Origin: Eledone cirrhosa
Taxonomy: Eukaryota
Length of the DNA stretch: 64,000 nt
Assembly (NCBI GenBank): GCA_964016885.1
Contig: OZ024751.1
Coordinates: 34,720,001-34,784,000 of the forward strand
Direction of reading: 5' to 3'
A program made the position numbers and the translations under genes. Positions 1-15,200 of the stretch are shown here, piece by piece (within the stretch, counting starts at the first letter, position 1; each line of letters starts with the position of its first letter). The notes under the pieces were generated by a model. That model made no database searches, was not told where the DNA came from, and saw only the letters and a list, made by a program, of their open reading frames with translations.

Positions 1-780
1 ATATATATGTGTATATATCTGTATGTATACATATCACCATCTTCTTCATTTGCAAGACATTTCCATCTCATTCTAGTTTCTATTCCATCATTTTTGTTAA
101 CATCTTCCGTCATCCATCACTGAACACATTGAGTCGTTGTCCAAATAAGGTAATGATAATAACAACTACAAGAACAAAAACATTAACATCAGCAGGAACA
201 ACAATAACAACAACTGCAGCAACAAGAACAATAAAAACAGCAGTAACGAAATTACAACAACAGCATCAGCAACAATAACAGCAACAATAACAACAACAGC
301 AATAATAACAACAATAACAGCAATAACAACAGCAACAAAAACAACAACAATATTAAGAGGTGGTGACGATGGGGAAGGTGTGTGGGGTGGAGAGATTGAT
401 GGAGTTGGAGATGGTGGGGGTAGGTGTGGAGATGTGGCAGGTGGGAATATTGGTAAAAAAAAAGGTCAACAGCATAATTCTGGTGGTGAAATCACCGAAG
501 ACAATGACATGATGATAATATAGGTGAGTCCTTTGATAACCAGATGAAGTAACAATCTACCTGCAATTAATTCCAACACACACATTGTTCCACATCAAGG
601 CAACCACTCACGACGAAGATCTAGCTCGTCCCAGTTTCTCTGATTTGTCCCTTACCCTCCTTCCCAATGTTGTTGTTACAGCTCACACCTATTCAGGTTT
701 AGTTGGCCTCCTCCAAGGTATATCTCGTTGGAGGTGTCTTGGGTAATTTAATGATAAGGACCCCAGTCCTATCATCTCCT

Positions 781-908
781 TTCTACAGCTGAGTTAACTG
801 GAGCAACGTGAAATAAAGTGTCTTGCTCAAGGAAACAACACATCACCCGGTCCGAGAATTGATCTCACAACCTTTCGATTGCAAGCCCAATGATCTAACC
901 AATAAGCC
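781..908 (-). mobile_element. tRNA-derived CORE-type SINE, 5' portion
   Basis: Reverse complement reads GGCTTATTGGTTAG (A-box-like)...GAGATCAATTCT (B-box-like)...TCCTTGAGCAAGACACTTTATTTCACGTTGCTCC, matching the plus-strand copy at 31061-31181. The CCTTGAGCAAG-CACTT segment resembles the CORE-SINE domain. Confidence 0.75.
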
Positions 909-1572
909 TTCATTCTCAATGGTGTGAGTACCACTCTCACTCAGGACCCCTGATTCCATAATCAATCTACTCAGCTCTCTGGCAAACAACACTGATCCGC
1001 TCTCTTACGTTGAAACTCTCTCTCTCTAATTGATTAGACAGGGATATCTCTCTACGTCTCTCACTCTTTCGTTTACATGTTGGCTTTCTCTGACATCTAC
1101 GGTTAACAGACTTCTGTATATGAAGTCTACGGTGTTTCAGGTAAATATCCTACACCTTTTTTTTCAGTCTGAGTTGATCAGTCGATCAATATGGTATATA
1201 TCTCATCCCTGCCTCAGTCTCAGTTAAGATCAATACAACCTAAGCTACAGTGTGTCCAAGTATGGGACTACAATATTCAATATAATCTGACCTATTGCTT
1301 CGCCACTTCTACACCACCAGAGAACGTTCGCTCTATGGGAGAGGAAATATCAGAAGGATATTATCACTGCTTCAGTAAAGCCTTTTTTATCTTTAGTCCA
1401 GAGTCGAGAATGAGACTTTCTGTTGAGTTACCTACCTTGAACAACATCAAAAATAAATGTGCCAAAGTGTCCGAGCAGAGTACGAAACAATTGTCTGAGT
1501 ACAGAAGAGAGTGCTGAGAGTACATTGATAAAGATGGACTTTTTATATATCACTTCCAAACAGTCGTCTCAA

Positions 1573-1577
1573 TGTGT

Positions 1578-1667
<90 letters not shown>
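1573..1667. repeat. (GT)n microsatellite
   Basis: Direct reading. Similar long (GT)n tracts occur at ~16210-16290, 20233-20352, 26212-26312, 32871-32941 and 42242-42408. Confidence 0.98.
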
Positions 1668-1668
<1 letters not shown>

Positions 1669-2019
1669 GTTATAGAGCGAAGCAAAATATAGATAAATAG
1701 AGAGAGGGAGAATAGTTGGAAATAAGCTGGAGAGTTGGTGCATAAATGTAGGGGGGGGGGGAGATGGGGGGGGGGGGAGACGAATGTAATAGAAAAGAAA
1801 GGAACATGATGAAGATGAATAGAAAATGAAGGGAGATGACATATCATGAACAGTCAATATTCCCTGGGGAAGCAGGATCTGTGTCACAAATAATTCATTA
1901 TTTGATAAGCCATCTACAATGGCGGAATAAATATGTACATCTATAAAGGAAGTGAACTCTAACCCTAACGCCACACCATTTCCGGTATTGATGCGTGTCA
2001 GCCTGACACACTGATACAT

Positions 2020-2069
<50 letters not shown>

Positions 2070-2302
2070 CGCTCCCTCTCTCTCAAATCAAACTCATTGT
2101 ATCACCATAAACTAAAAGGGATCCGCCACATACTCCACTTCATTTTGCTATTTTCGATCGAATACTCGTACACGCTATTAATAAGATAAATAATATGTAT
2201 GTATGTATGTATGTATGCATGCATGTCTAAATATACATACATGCAGAGAAGGGGGACTCTATTTTCACTGATAAAATAGACTACGACAGGAGTATAATTC
2301 AA

Positions 2303-2923
2303 GGAGACAGTTACTCTGTGTTTGAAGATGTCATCCAGATCATTAGGAGATGTCTAAAGATGTCATCGCGGTACTAGATGTAGTGGCCAAAAACACTTTA
2401 CAATGCAATCTGTGGAAAGGATAACCACGACAATAAACATATAAAAGCTTACAGAGATGTAGAAGAGACATACATAATATGAAAAAGTCCTGGTGGAATA
2501 ATCCAATCAAAACACCAATAACATGTGAGAACAAAAAAACAGACAAGAGTTATATTTCAGAGACGCCATTTTAATTCATTGTCAAGTAAACGTATTTAAG
2601 ACAATTCAACAGTGATAGGGGACAGAGAAAAGAAGCCATGTACAGTAGTAGGAGTCAGCTGTCCAACAGATGTTAATATCTTGCAAAAGATCTGTGAAAA
2701 GTAGAACCTTTATGCTAAATTAATGAGGAATCTGCAGATGTTCCACCCTGGCTATACCTTTAGGTTCATACCTGTGATCATTGGGACTCGTGAAGTAGTT
2801 ACTAACTGCCTCAGTATAAATCTTGAGTAGCTGACCTTCACAGAACCAGGAAGTGTCCAGCTAGATAGGAAGTTGCAAGTACAGTCTATTAATGGAACTG
2901 TAAAAATATGTAAAACAAGTTAA
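2303..2923 (+). pseudogene. 3' remnant of an R4/Dong-type (restriction-like endonuclease) non-LTR retrotransposon ORF
   Basis: Manual translation across frameshifts and stops gives EDVIQIIRRCLKMSSRY*..DVVAK/TLYNAICGKDN..SWWNNPIKTPITCENKKTD..[insert]..TVIGDREKKPCTVVGVSCPTDVNILQKICEK*NLYAKLMRNLQMFHPGYTFRFIPVIIGT..KLQVQSINGTVKICKTS*. This fits a decayed CCHC knuckle, the RHD-V motif, WW, and the PD-(D/E)xK endonuclease with K..K..Y and PVIIG motifs of R2/R4-group LINEs. Confidence 0.85.
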
Positions 2924-3631
2924 GTTATGCCACCAAAACATCAAACTCAATCTTGTTCAACAGTAAAAATAAGGAATGAATTCATCAGGATTATAACCAA
3001 TACGGAATCAGGAATTATACTTTGATTAAATAAATCCATCCTGTTGTATTAATACAGATGTACAGATCACTTAAATAATAATTAATAGGCAATCACACAA
3101 ACAAACGCAGATTACATTCATTTTTAGAAATCTTTCTGTATATTTTTTAACTTATCAATCGGAAGAATGAAGTCAATTTTTTCCTGAGTGAATACGTCCT
3201 ACTTTTCTTTCTACAATATGCTCTACGATCATTACATAAATGTGAAAATATTTTCTCTAAGGGGAATTAGATAAAATCTGTCTTCATTTCTCCATTTCCA
3301 TGACAAAATTCTTTCAATATAATCTGTATCAACAATATAATCTGTATCTTCCAGTTTCTAATTTAAGTTATACTATACTTTAGAAATTTCTAATTCCTTT
3401 GGATTAATCCTTTAACGTAAACATATGGGGACTTCTTCGATTCGTTGTGAATTACCAAATCACGCGGAACAATTTAAATTATCCTTAAAAAATTTCTTTC
3501 TATTTTTTATTCTTATTTCTATTTTTAACTTCGTTTGAGGTCTTATTATAGGTAGGTTATTGCTATATTATCTCTCACCCTCTCTCTTTAAATATATATA
3601 TATATTTATTTATATATACATATAAATATTT

Positions 3632-3797
3632 GGTCAGGTCCATGTTTCGTCAGGTCCATGTTTGGTTAGATCCATGTTTGGGGTCAGATCCATGTTTTGT
3701 CAGATCCATGTTTGGTTAGATCCATGTTTGGTCAGGTCCATGTTTGGTTAGATCCATGTTTGGTCAAGTCCATGTTTGGTGAAGTCCATGTTTGGTC
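3632..3797. repeat. 16-bp minisatellite, 10 copies, consensus GGT(C/T)AG(G/A)TCCATGTTT
   Basis: Ten consecutive 16-bp units counted by eye; the TCCATGTTT half is invariant. Confidence 0.95.
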
Positions 3798-4429
3798 TGA
3801 GAAATCGGGAATGCTGGTCTGGGATTACTTTAGCGGAAATTATGAGTACAGGTCAGTGGTTGGTTTATTATGATTTCTGAGTGTTTTGTTTACAGGTGAG
3901 GGCGATCACCGGTCTAATTAACACACACACACTCACAAACTTATACATACACACACATATAGATAATTTTATATATATATATATATATATTAAGATAAAT
4001 GTATATGGATTTTGGAATACATGTACGCTGTATCTGTATATGACTGTATTTCATTTTTTAGTTCCTTTTTCCTATACAAAACACAATGAGATATTACCTT
4101 ACTTCAAATGTTCTTCTATGTTTTCCCACTTTTTTACTAACCCTACATTTGACTTCATTTATTCATTTCGTATTTTAAAAACCCGCATAGATAAAGAATA
4201 GATAAAGAATATATATAAAGAATAGATAAAGAATATATATAAAGAATATATAGGGATTTTTGTAATGAGAAAATGTATGCTTTTCTTCATATTTATCTCA
4301 TACATACACACACACGCACATATATGTGTGTGTGTGTGTATGTATATGTAAGTATAAGTATGTAATTATATATATATATTTATATAGACACAAGTATATT
4401 TATATGTATACATACAAGCATACTTACAA

Positions 4430-4474
<45 letters not shown>

Positions 4475-4649
4475 TATACATGCATTCATCTACACATATA
4501 TATATATTATTTTCCTCCGTTATTTATTCATGTATATATTTTATGTATTCATATATTTTTATGTTCTAGCGATCAATTTATTTCACAACTTTTAAAATAC
4601 ATTTCCTGCAGTGCAGCAAGAATATTTAAAGAAGAATCATAGTATATTC

Positions 4650-4870
4650 CAATCACTGGCATGAAGCCAGAATACTGGGGGTGTAGGGCGTAAGGGGGAT
4701 GGGGGGGGGGGGGGGGGGGGTCGTGTGGTCGATAAAATTACTCCAGCGTTCTTCATTCAATAATTTTATTTGTTGGTGATTTTATTGTTCCAAGAACGAT
4801 GAGAAACCAATGTTGACCTCGGCCGAGATTTGAACTCACAACGTAAAGGTTTGTAACTCAATAGCGTAAA
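4650..4870 (-). mobile_element. Degenerate tRNA-derived SINE (family of 38790-39155)
   Basis: GTTGACCTCGGCCGAGATTTGAACTCACAACGTAAAG is the reverse complement of the B-box region (TTTACG..GAGTTCAAATC..CGAGGTTAAC) of the copies at 38821-38975. Confidence 0.6.
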
Positions 4871-5175
4871 ACTTGTCGGCAAGATAATATATGTGAGACT
4901 AGTATTGTATCGATGTCGGTTTCACGTAGATGCCTTTGAACTATAGCCACCACACCCCATGTAGCTCACTACAACCAGCCACACCAGTTCCTACCACCAG
5001 ATCACCACCACCATATGTAAATATTTGGTATTCTCTAGCTTTTCATCTTTTTCAACAATATATTTTCTATCAGTAACTGAAGAGAAAAGTTTTTCCAAAT
5101 ACAGATAATGAGTCGTACACCACCAAATATTGACTGGAAAATGAAAACCAATAATAGCCATCATATATTTATACA

Positions 5176-5259
<84 letters not shown>

Positions 5260-5267
5260 TGTGTAGG

Positions 5268-5451
5268 CAGTGGCGGAGTGAGTCTAAAGATATTGGTTGC
5301 CAGATGAAAAGGACCCACCTACATATAGAATGCTATCATTTAATTTTTATAATGAATAAATAACATTTTCGAAAAATACCAAAGTGGAATATTATGTATT
5401 TTGCGAAATCCAGAGACTTTCAATAATGAGCTTTGGTCTTTCACACTCACT

Positions 5452-5510
<59 letters not shown>

Positions 5511-6265
5511 AGTGCGTGTATATGTGTATATATATATTATTTGTTTGTTAAAATAATCAAATTAAATTAATTCAACAGTTAAACACACATAGGAATAATA
5601 AGGTTGTTACCAAAGAGCCAGAAGATTGACAAGTCGACCCTAAATATGACTAATAGCACTAGGGAAGCCATGAACGACACCACATCTTTTTAACCGTGAT
5701 TTTGAAAGTAGGTTTATAATTATTAATTTTCATTATACTTTAGTAGCTGTCACGGTGGTCTAGTTGGGGGAATCATAGACGGTGGCGATCCTGGTCGGGA
5801 GTAGGGTTCCCGGTAGACCTTTTCAGTTTTTTTTCTATGGGATGTAAAATAAAAACTGAAAAAGATTACATGCACCTCTCGACCAGGATTGAACCCAAGA
5901 CCAGGTTCTCCACCGTCTCTAGTACATACCACTAGTCTACTGTAACAGCTACGAAAATCTTATGAAAATTCATACTTATAAACCTACTTTCAAAATTTCC
6001 AATACAAAATGATGTGGCATCATTCATGTCTTTCTTAATGTTATTACTCCTACTTAAGGTCGACTTCTAAATCCTTTGGGTGTTCCATAAACTACACCCA
6101 CGTTTTATTTCTCATCTATCTAAACTATATTATAACCCCCCCCCCCCCTTCTCTCTTTTTTTCTCTCTGTCATATTTGAATCTACCATGAATTGGAGTTT
6201 CTTTATTCATATATATATGTTTTTGCATGTCAGATTCAACTGGCAACCTGGCCAGTCCACCACTG
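5268..6265. mobile_element. hAT-type non-autonomous DNA transposon (~1 kb) with nested insertions
   Basis: Left end CAGTGGCGGAGTG..GGTTGCCAGATGAA; right end reverse-complemented CAGTGGTGGACTG..GGTTGCCAGTTGAA. Flanking 8-mers TGTGTAGG (5260-5267) and AGTGTAGG (6266-6273) match at 7/8. CAG-starting TIRs with an 8-bp TSD are typical of hAT elements. Confidence 0.7.
5600..6095. mobile_element. Palindromic (fold-back) MITE-like element with a tRNA-like segment in each arm
   Basis: About 5624-5832 aligns to the reverse complement of about 5851-6073 (AAGTCGACC/GGTCGACTT, TTTTGAAAGTAGGTTTATAA/TTATAAACCTACTTTCAAAA, TTTTCAGTTTTT/AAAAACTGAAAA). The right arm on the minus strand has A-box-like TAGACTAGTGG and B-box GGTTCAATCC. 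Confidence 0.75.
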
Positions 6266-6376
6266 AGTGTAGGTAACCCAGACGCAGGAAGTAACTATTA
6301 ACGGAGTTGTTTACTGTAAAAGTAGAATAGAAAATCCGGTAAAATAGCATTGTAGACAGAAAAAAGATTGGCTAGC

Positions 6377-6448
6377 GGTCGAAACTAGAAATCGAACCTT
6401 ATACCTTCAGTTATTGGCTGACTGTTCTAGTCATTCAGCTAAACGGCA
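6377..6448 (-). pseudogene. tRNA-Ile(AAT)-like sequence (tRNA pseudogene or SINE head)
   Basis: Minus strand GCCGTTTAGCTGAATGACTAGAACAG-TCAG-CCAATAA-CTGA-AGGTATAAGGTTCGATTTCTAGTTTCGACC: A-box-like TAGCTGAATG, paired anticodon stem with AAT centred in a 7-nt loop, B-box-like GGTTCGATTTC, and a T6 run shortly downstream. Acceptor and T stems pair poorly. Confidence 0.6.
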
Positions 6449-7160
6449 CCTGACATCAATAGCGAATCAAATATCCAAGCAAAATATGAAATTTTCGAAG
6501 CGCTAATGGGTTATGAATTCACAGAAAATGTAGGTAACTGTGAAGACAGTTCATTGCTCTCTATCTGTCTCTCTCCCTCTCTGTATATATATATATATAT
6601 TTACAGAGAGAGATATATGCAGAAGTATATGGTAATCTACTTGAACATGGAAAGAGAGCAATGAAATGTCTATAACGAATATAACCATCATAAACCCTTC
6701 TTCCATCGTACTTTTCTGTAAGAACATTCTGTTAAGTTATGCTTCAAACAACATAATATTAAGAATGTCATTTAGACTGATAAATCCTTCCAAATTCTTG
6801 ATTATTTTCCAAATTATTTAAAAACATAGGCAGTGTTTATTATTAGAAATATGCCAGAGACAAGCATAACATGAAAGTATTTCTCCGTTGTCTAGACGAT
6901 ATATAACCTTTAGCAGAGTCAACTATTGCAGCCACGAGTCCCCGTTCACTTTCCATCTAAGACTCGAGGTACCCTGATAATTACTTTAGAGTAAATCAGG
7001 AAACATATTAACGAAGTCATATCAAAATGAATGTTTGAAATACAGGTATTAACACACACAACAAACACGCATTTATATATATGTGTGTGGGTATATACAC
7101 ACACACACACACAATATATATATATATGTGTGTGTGTATATATACACACACACACACATA

Positions 7161-7201
<41 letters not shown>

Positions 7202-7211
7202 ACATATATGT

Positions 7212-7262
<51 letters not shown>

Positions 7263-7934
7263 TGATAGACTTAAACCGTTTCTATGAAGAAATATATGTA
7301 AAAATGTGAATTCTTCCTTTCCAGTAATCTGAAATCTCAATGGAGGATTTGTAGTATAAAATTATTAAAATATACGATAGAAGTTGACATATTGGAATAC
7401 ATACGTATAGAGTAAGATGGGTAGACATATAGACATATGTAATACTCACATACACACAGACACAGAAACGAACACACACACATATATATGTATGTGTGTA
7501 CGTATATTAAACACATATATACGCATATATTTCCATAGCTACTATCTATATATATATGTACGTATGTGTGTCTGTGTGTGTATACTATAAATATATGTAT
7601 AAGACTCATTCACATTGCATTCCAATTCCTCCATACACACATACATATACATAGATTTCTGTACATACACACACATATATACATACATAAAAATATACAT
7701 ACATAAAAGTGTATAAAATATATGTATCTACGTCAATGCGTCTAAAAGTAGGATGTTGTTTGTTGTTAAGGGAAAAGAATGAAACACTAACAGATTCCCT
7801 CCAGTTATCTTTCATATAATAAATACTAACGTATATTCCGACGAAATTATGTATGAGCACGGCTGGATGTGCTTTCAAATATAAATATGTATAAATATAT
7901 TCCGCACACACATATAAATATATTTATATATATT

Positions 7935-8285
<351 letters not shown>

Positions 8286-8288
8286 ATT

Positions 8289-8343
<55 letters not shown>

Positions 8344-8344
8344 T

Positions 8345-8397
<53 letters not shown>

Positions 8398-8428
8398 TTA
8401 TATATATTTATATATATTTATATATATT

Positions 8429-8461
<33 letters not shown>

Positions 8462-8524
8462 TTATATATATATTTATATATATTTATATATATTTATATA
8501 TATTTATATATATTTATATATATT

Positions 8525-8729
<205 letters not shown>

Positions 8730-8747
8730 ATAGAAATAGATATATAT

Positions 8748-8940
8748 AACGACGGAAATGTGGTAAGGAACCAGGTGGACCATAATGCACCAAAGTACTC
8801 AATACTTGAGGTAGTAGAGTGGGTAATAGGAACCAGTAAGACCCCGACAGCTGAGCTCAAGCCGTTTCGACGGCTAATTCAGTCCAGAATTAGCCGTCGA
8901 AACGGCTTGAGCTCAGCTGTCGGGGTCTTACTGGTTCCTA
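8748..8940. mobile_element. (TA)n-inserted ~190-bp element with a perfect 54-bp inverted repeat (copy 1); probably PLE-derived
   Basis: Arms 8827-8880 and 8887-8940 are exact reverse complements around a 6-nt loop AGTCCA, with an ~80-bp unique tail at 8748-8826. A near-identical copy in opposite orientation lies at 33631-33818. Confidence 0.8.
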
Positions 8941-8958
8941 TATATATATATATATATT

Positions 8959-9039
<81 letters not shown>

Positions 9040-9052
9040 ATATTTATATATT

Positions 9053-9109
<57 letters not shown>

Positions 9110-9118
9110 ATATTTATA

Positions 9119-9211
<93 letters not shown>

Positions 9212-9224
9212 ATATATATATTTT

Positions 9225-9291
<67 letters not shown>

Positions 9292-9316
9292 ATATATATA
9301 TTTTTATATATATATA

Positions 9317-9361
<45 letters not shown>

Positions 9362-9374
9362 ATATATATATTTT

Positions 9375-9407
<33 letters not shown>

Positions 9408-9420
9408 ATATATATATTTT

Positions 9421-9609
<189 letters not shown>

Positions 9610-9722
9610 TTATATATATTTATATATATTTATATATATATATTTATATTTATATATATATATTTATATTTATATATATATATTTATATATATTTATATA
9701 TTTATATATATTTATATATATT

Positions 9723-9759
<37 letters not shown>

Positions 9760-9834
9760 ATATTTATATATATTTATATATATATATATTTATATATATA
9801 TATATATTTATATATATTTATATATATATATATT

Positions 9835-9874
<40 letters not shown>

Positions 9875-9906
9875 TATATATATATATATTTATATATATA
9901 TATATT

Positions 9907-9978
<72 letters not shown>

Positions 9979-10010
9979 TATATATATATATATTTATATA
10001 TATATATATT

Positions 10011-10043
<33 letters not shown>

Positions 10044-10070
10044 ATTTATATATATATATATTTATATATT

Positions 10071-10141
<71 letters not shown>

Positions 10142-10142
10142 T

Positions 10143-10193
<51 letters not shown>

Positions 10194-10212
10194 TTATATT
10201 TATATATATATA

Positions 10213-10348
<136 letters not shown>

Positions 10349-10379
10349 CATATATATATATATACATATATATATATAC

Positions 10380-10429
<50 letters not shown>

Positions 10430-10440
10430 ATTTATATATA

Positions 10441-10600
10441 TCAACCAATGACCTACACCCATCCCACTCCCCACCCTCTCCTACCACTTGTAGAGACCTA
10501 TAAATACCATTTTTATTTTTTGATACCCAGATTCCTGATGATTTCTAATGAATGAAACAGTTCTAGTCCTGTAGAATCTCATCTATATTAAAACTATATT
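10441..10600 (+). mobile_element. Penelope-like pseudo-LTR fragment in (TA)n
   Basis: Unique island flanked by (TA)n with a TATA-like CTATAAATA (10498-10506), a hammerhead motif and a downstream ATTAAA, the arrangement known for PLE pLTRs. Confidence 0.6.
10529..10579 (+). ncRNA. Type I hammerhead ribozyme motif
   Basis: AGATTC-CTGATGA-T.TTC.TAAT.GAA.T-GAAA-CAG.TTCTAGTC.CTG-TA-GAATCT: 6-bp stem I, intact CUGAUGA and GAAA core, stem III ACAG/CUGU, GUA triplet (cut after 10573). The base of stem II is a U.U mismatch. Confidence 0.75.
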
Positions 10601-10602
10601 TA

Positions 10603-10718
<116 letters not shown>

Positions 10719-10744
10719 AATATATATATATTTATATATATATT

Positions 10745-10864
<120 letters not shown>

Positions 10865-10904
10865 AATATATATATATTTATATATATTTATATATATATA
10901 TATT

Positions 10905-10957
<53 letters not shown>

Positions 10958-10977
10958 TTAAATATATATATATATAG

Positions 10978-11010
<33 letters not shown>

Positions 11011-11012
11011 TT

Positions 11013-11118
<106 letters not shown>

Positions 11119-11147
11119 AATATATATATTTATATATATATATTTAA

Positions 11148-11218
<71 letters not shown>

Positions 11219-11221
11219 ATT

Positions 11222-11388
<167 letters not shown>

Positions 11389-11391
11389 GTT

Positions 11392-11446
<55 letters not shown>

Positions 11447-11449
11447 GTT

Positions 11450-11501
<52 letters not shown>

Positions 11502-11506
11502 ATATT

Positions 11507-11560
<54 letters not shown>

Positions 11561-11561
11561 A

Positions 11562-11599
<38 letters not shown>

Positions 11600-11602
11600 A
11601 TT

Positions 11603-11650
<48 letters not shown>

Positions 11651-11670
11651 TATATATATTTATATATATA

Positions 11671-11711
<41 letters not shown>

Positions 11712-11722
11712 TTATATATATA

Positions 11723-11814
<92 letters not shown>

Positions 11815-11844
11815 TATATATATTTATATATATATATTTATATA

Positions 11845-11932
<88 letters not shown>

Positions 11933-11938
11933 TATATA

Positions 11939-12060
<122 letters not shown>

Positions 12061-12085
12061 TTATATATATATATTTATATATATT

Positions 12086-12242
<157 letters not shown>

Positions 12243-12249
12243 TTATATA

Positions 12250-12782
<533 letters not shown>

Positions 12783-12815
12783 ATTTATATATATATATAT
12801 ATTTATATATATATT

Positions 12816-12846
<31 letters not shown>

Positions 12847-12875
12847 ATTTATATATATATATATTTATATATATT

Positions 12876-12908
<33 letters not shown>

Positions 12909-12930
12909 ATATATTTATATATATTTATAT

Positions 12931-12992
12931 ACTCTTTTACCCTTTTACCTGTTTCAGCCATCCGGCTGAGGCCATGCTGGGGCACCGCCCTT
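12931..12992 (-). mobile_element. Isolated 3' tail of a tRNA-derived SINE
   Basis: Minus strand AAGGGCGGTGCCCCAGCATGGCCTCAGCCGGATGGCTGAAACAGGTAAAAGGGTAAAAGAGT ends in a short tandem GTAAAAG(A/G) tail; recalled as an abundant octopus SINE 3' end (memory, not a search). Confidence 0.55.
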
Positions 12993-12994
12993 AA

Positions 12995-13025
<31 letters not shown>

Positions 13026-13036
13026 AATATATATAA

Positions 13037-13088
<52 letters not shown>

Positions 13089-13089
13089 T

Positions 13090-13124
<35 letters not shown>

Positions 13125-13125
13125 T

Positions 13126-13280
<155 letters not shown>

Positions 13281-13413
13281 TTATATATATATATATTTAT
13301 ATATATTTATATATATTTATATATATATATATTTATATATATTTATATATATATATTTATATATATTTATATATATATATTTATATATATTTATATATAT
13401 ATATATTTATATT

Positions 13414-13446
<33 letters not shown>

Positions 13447-13505
13447 ATATTTATATATATATTTATATATATATATACATATATATATTTATATATATAT
13501 ATATT

Positions 13506-13582
<77 letters not shown>

Positions 13583-13613
13583 ATATTTATTTATATATAT
13601 ATATATATTTATT

Positions 13614-13668
<55 letters not shown>

Positions 13669-13760
13669 ATTTAGATATATATATATATAGATATATTTAT
13701 ATATATATATATTTAGATATATATATATATATAGATATATTTATATATATATATATTTAG

Positions 13761-13796
<36 letters not shown>

Positions 13797-13820
13797 ATTT
13801 AGATATATATATATATTTAG

Positions 13821-13856
<36 letters not shown>

Positions 13857-13862
13857 ATTTAG

Positions 13863-13898
<36 letters not shown>

Positions 13899-13904
13899 AT
13901 TTAG

Positions 13905-13940
<36 letters not shown>

Positions 13941-13970
13941 ATTTAGATATATATATATATATATATTTAG

Positions 13971-14188
<218 letters not shown>

Positions 14189-14198
14189 ATATATATAC

Positions 14199-14461
<263 letters not shown>

Positions 14462-14510
14462 ATTTATATATTTATAAAAGTCAAATGATTAAAATTTAAC
14501 TTCGTTTATT

Positions 14511-14565
14511 ACTGCTATATATATTTCAGTGACAGCCATCTTTGGCTGTGACCTCTTCAGGCAGT
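14511..14565 (-). ncRNA. Type I hammerhead ribozyme motif
   Basis: Minus strand ACTGC-CTGAAGA-GGTCACAGCCA.AAGA.TGGCTGTCACT-GAAA-TATATA-TA-GCAGT-AATAAA: 5-bp stem I, CUGAAGA and GAAA core, 10-bp stem II with one C.C mismatch, palindromic AU stem III, AUA triplet, poly(A) signal immediately 3'. Lies in island 14475-14661. Confidence 0.75.
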
Positions 14566-15154
14566 TTGAATTAATATGGTATAGACAAGTACATATGTTG
14601 TTTAGGTGTATAATATTGTCAATACTCTGATATGCCCAGATCCTTGTTGGGTTGTTAATTCATATATATATATATATTTATATTCTATATATATTTATAT
14701 TCTATATATATATATATATATATATATTCTATATATATATATATATATTCTATATATATATATATTCTATATATATATATATTCTATATATATATATATT
14801 CTATATATATATATTCTATATATTCTATATATTCTATATATTCTATATATTCTATATATTCTATATATTCTATATATATATATATTCTATATATATATAT
14901 ATTCTATATATATATATATTCTATATATATATATTCTATATATATATATTCTTTATATATATATTCTATATATATATTCTATATATATATTCTATATATA
15001 TATATATTCTATATATATATATATACTATATATATATATATTCTATATATATATTCTATATATATATATATATATATTCTATATATATATATTCTATATA
15101 TATATATTCTATATATATATATATTCTATATATATATATATTCTATATATATAT

Positions 15155-15200
<46 letters not shown>

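Noticed and set aside
1191-1517. 108-aa non-repetitive ORF
   Set aside because: No recognisable domain or motif and no supporting exon structure; the length is within chance expectation.
3881-3902. Recursive-splice-like TTTTGTTTACAG|GTGAG (also GTTTCAG|GTAAAT at 1134-1146)
   Set aside because: Such motifs are expected by chance in 64 kb of T-rich DNA and no host gene is visible.
6377-6448. Functional tRNA-Ile gene
   Set aside because: Acceptor and T stems do not pair properly and the D-loop GG is missing; kept only as a tRNA-like pseudogene.
8827-8940. Hammerhead or HDV-like ribozyme in the fold-back arm (CGAAAC, GCTAA)
   Set aside because: No CUGANGA precedes GAAA, and there is no room for the P1/P3/P1.1 elements of an HDV fold.
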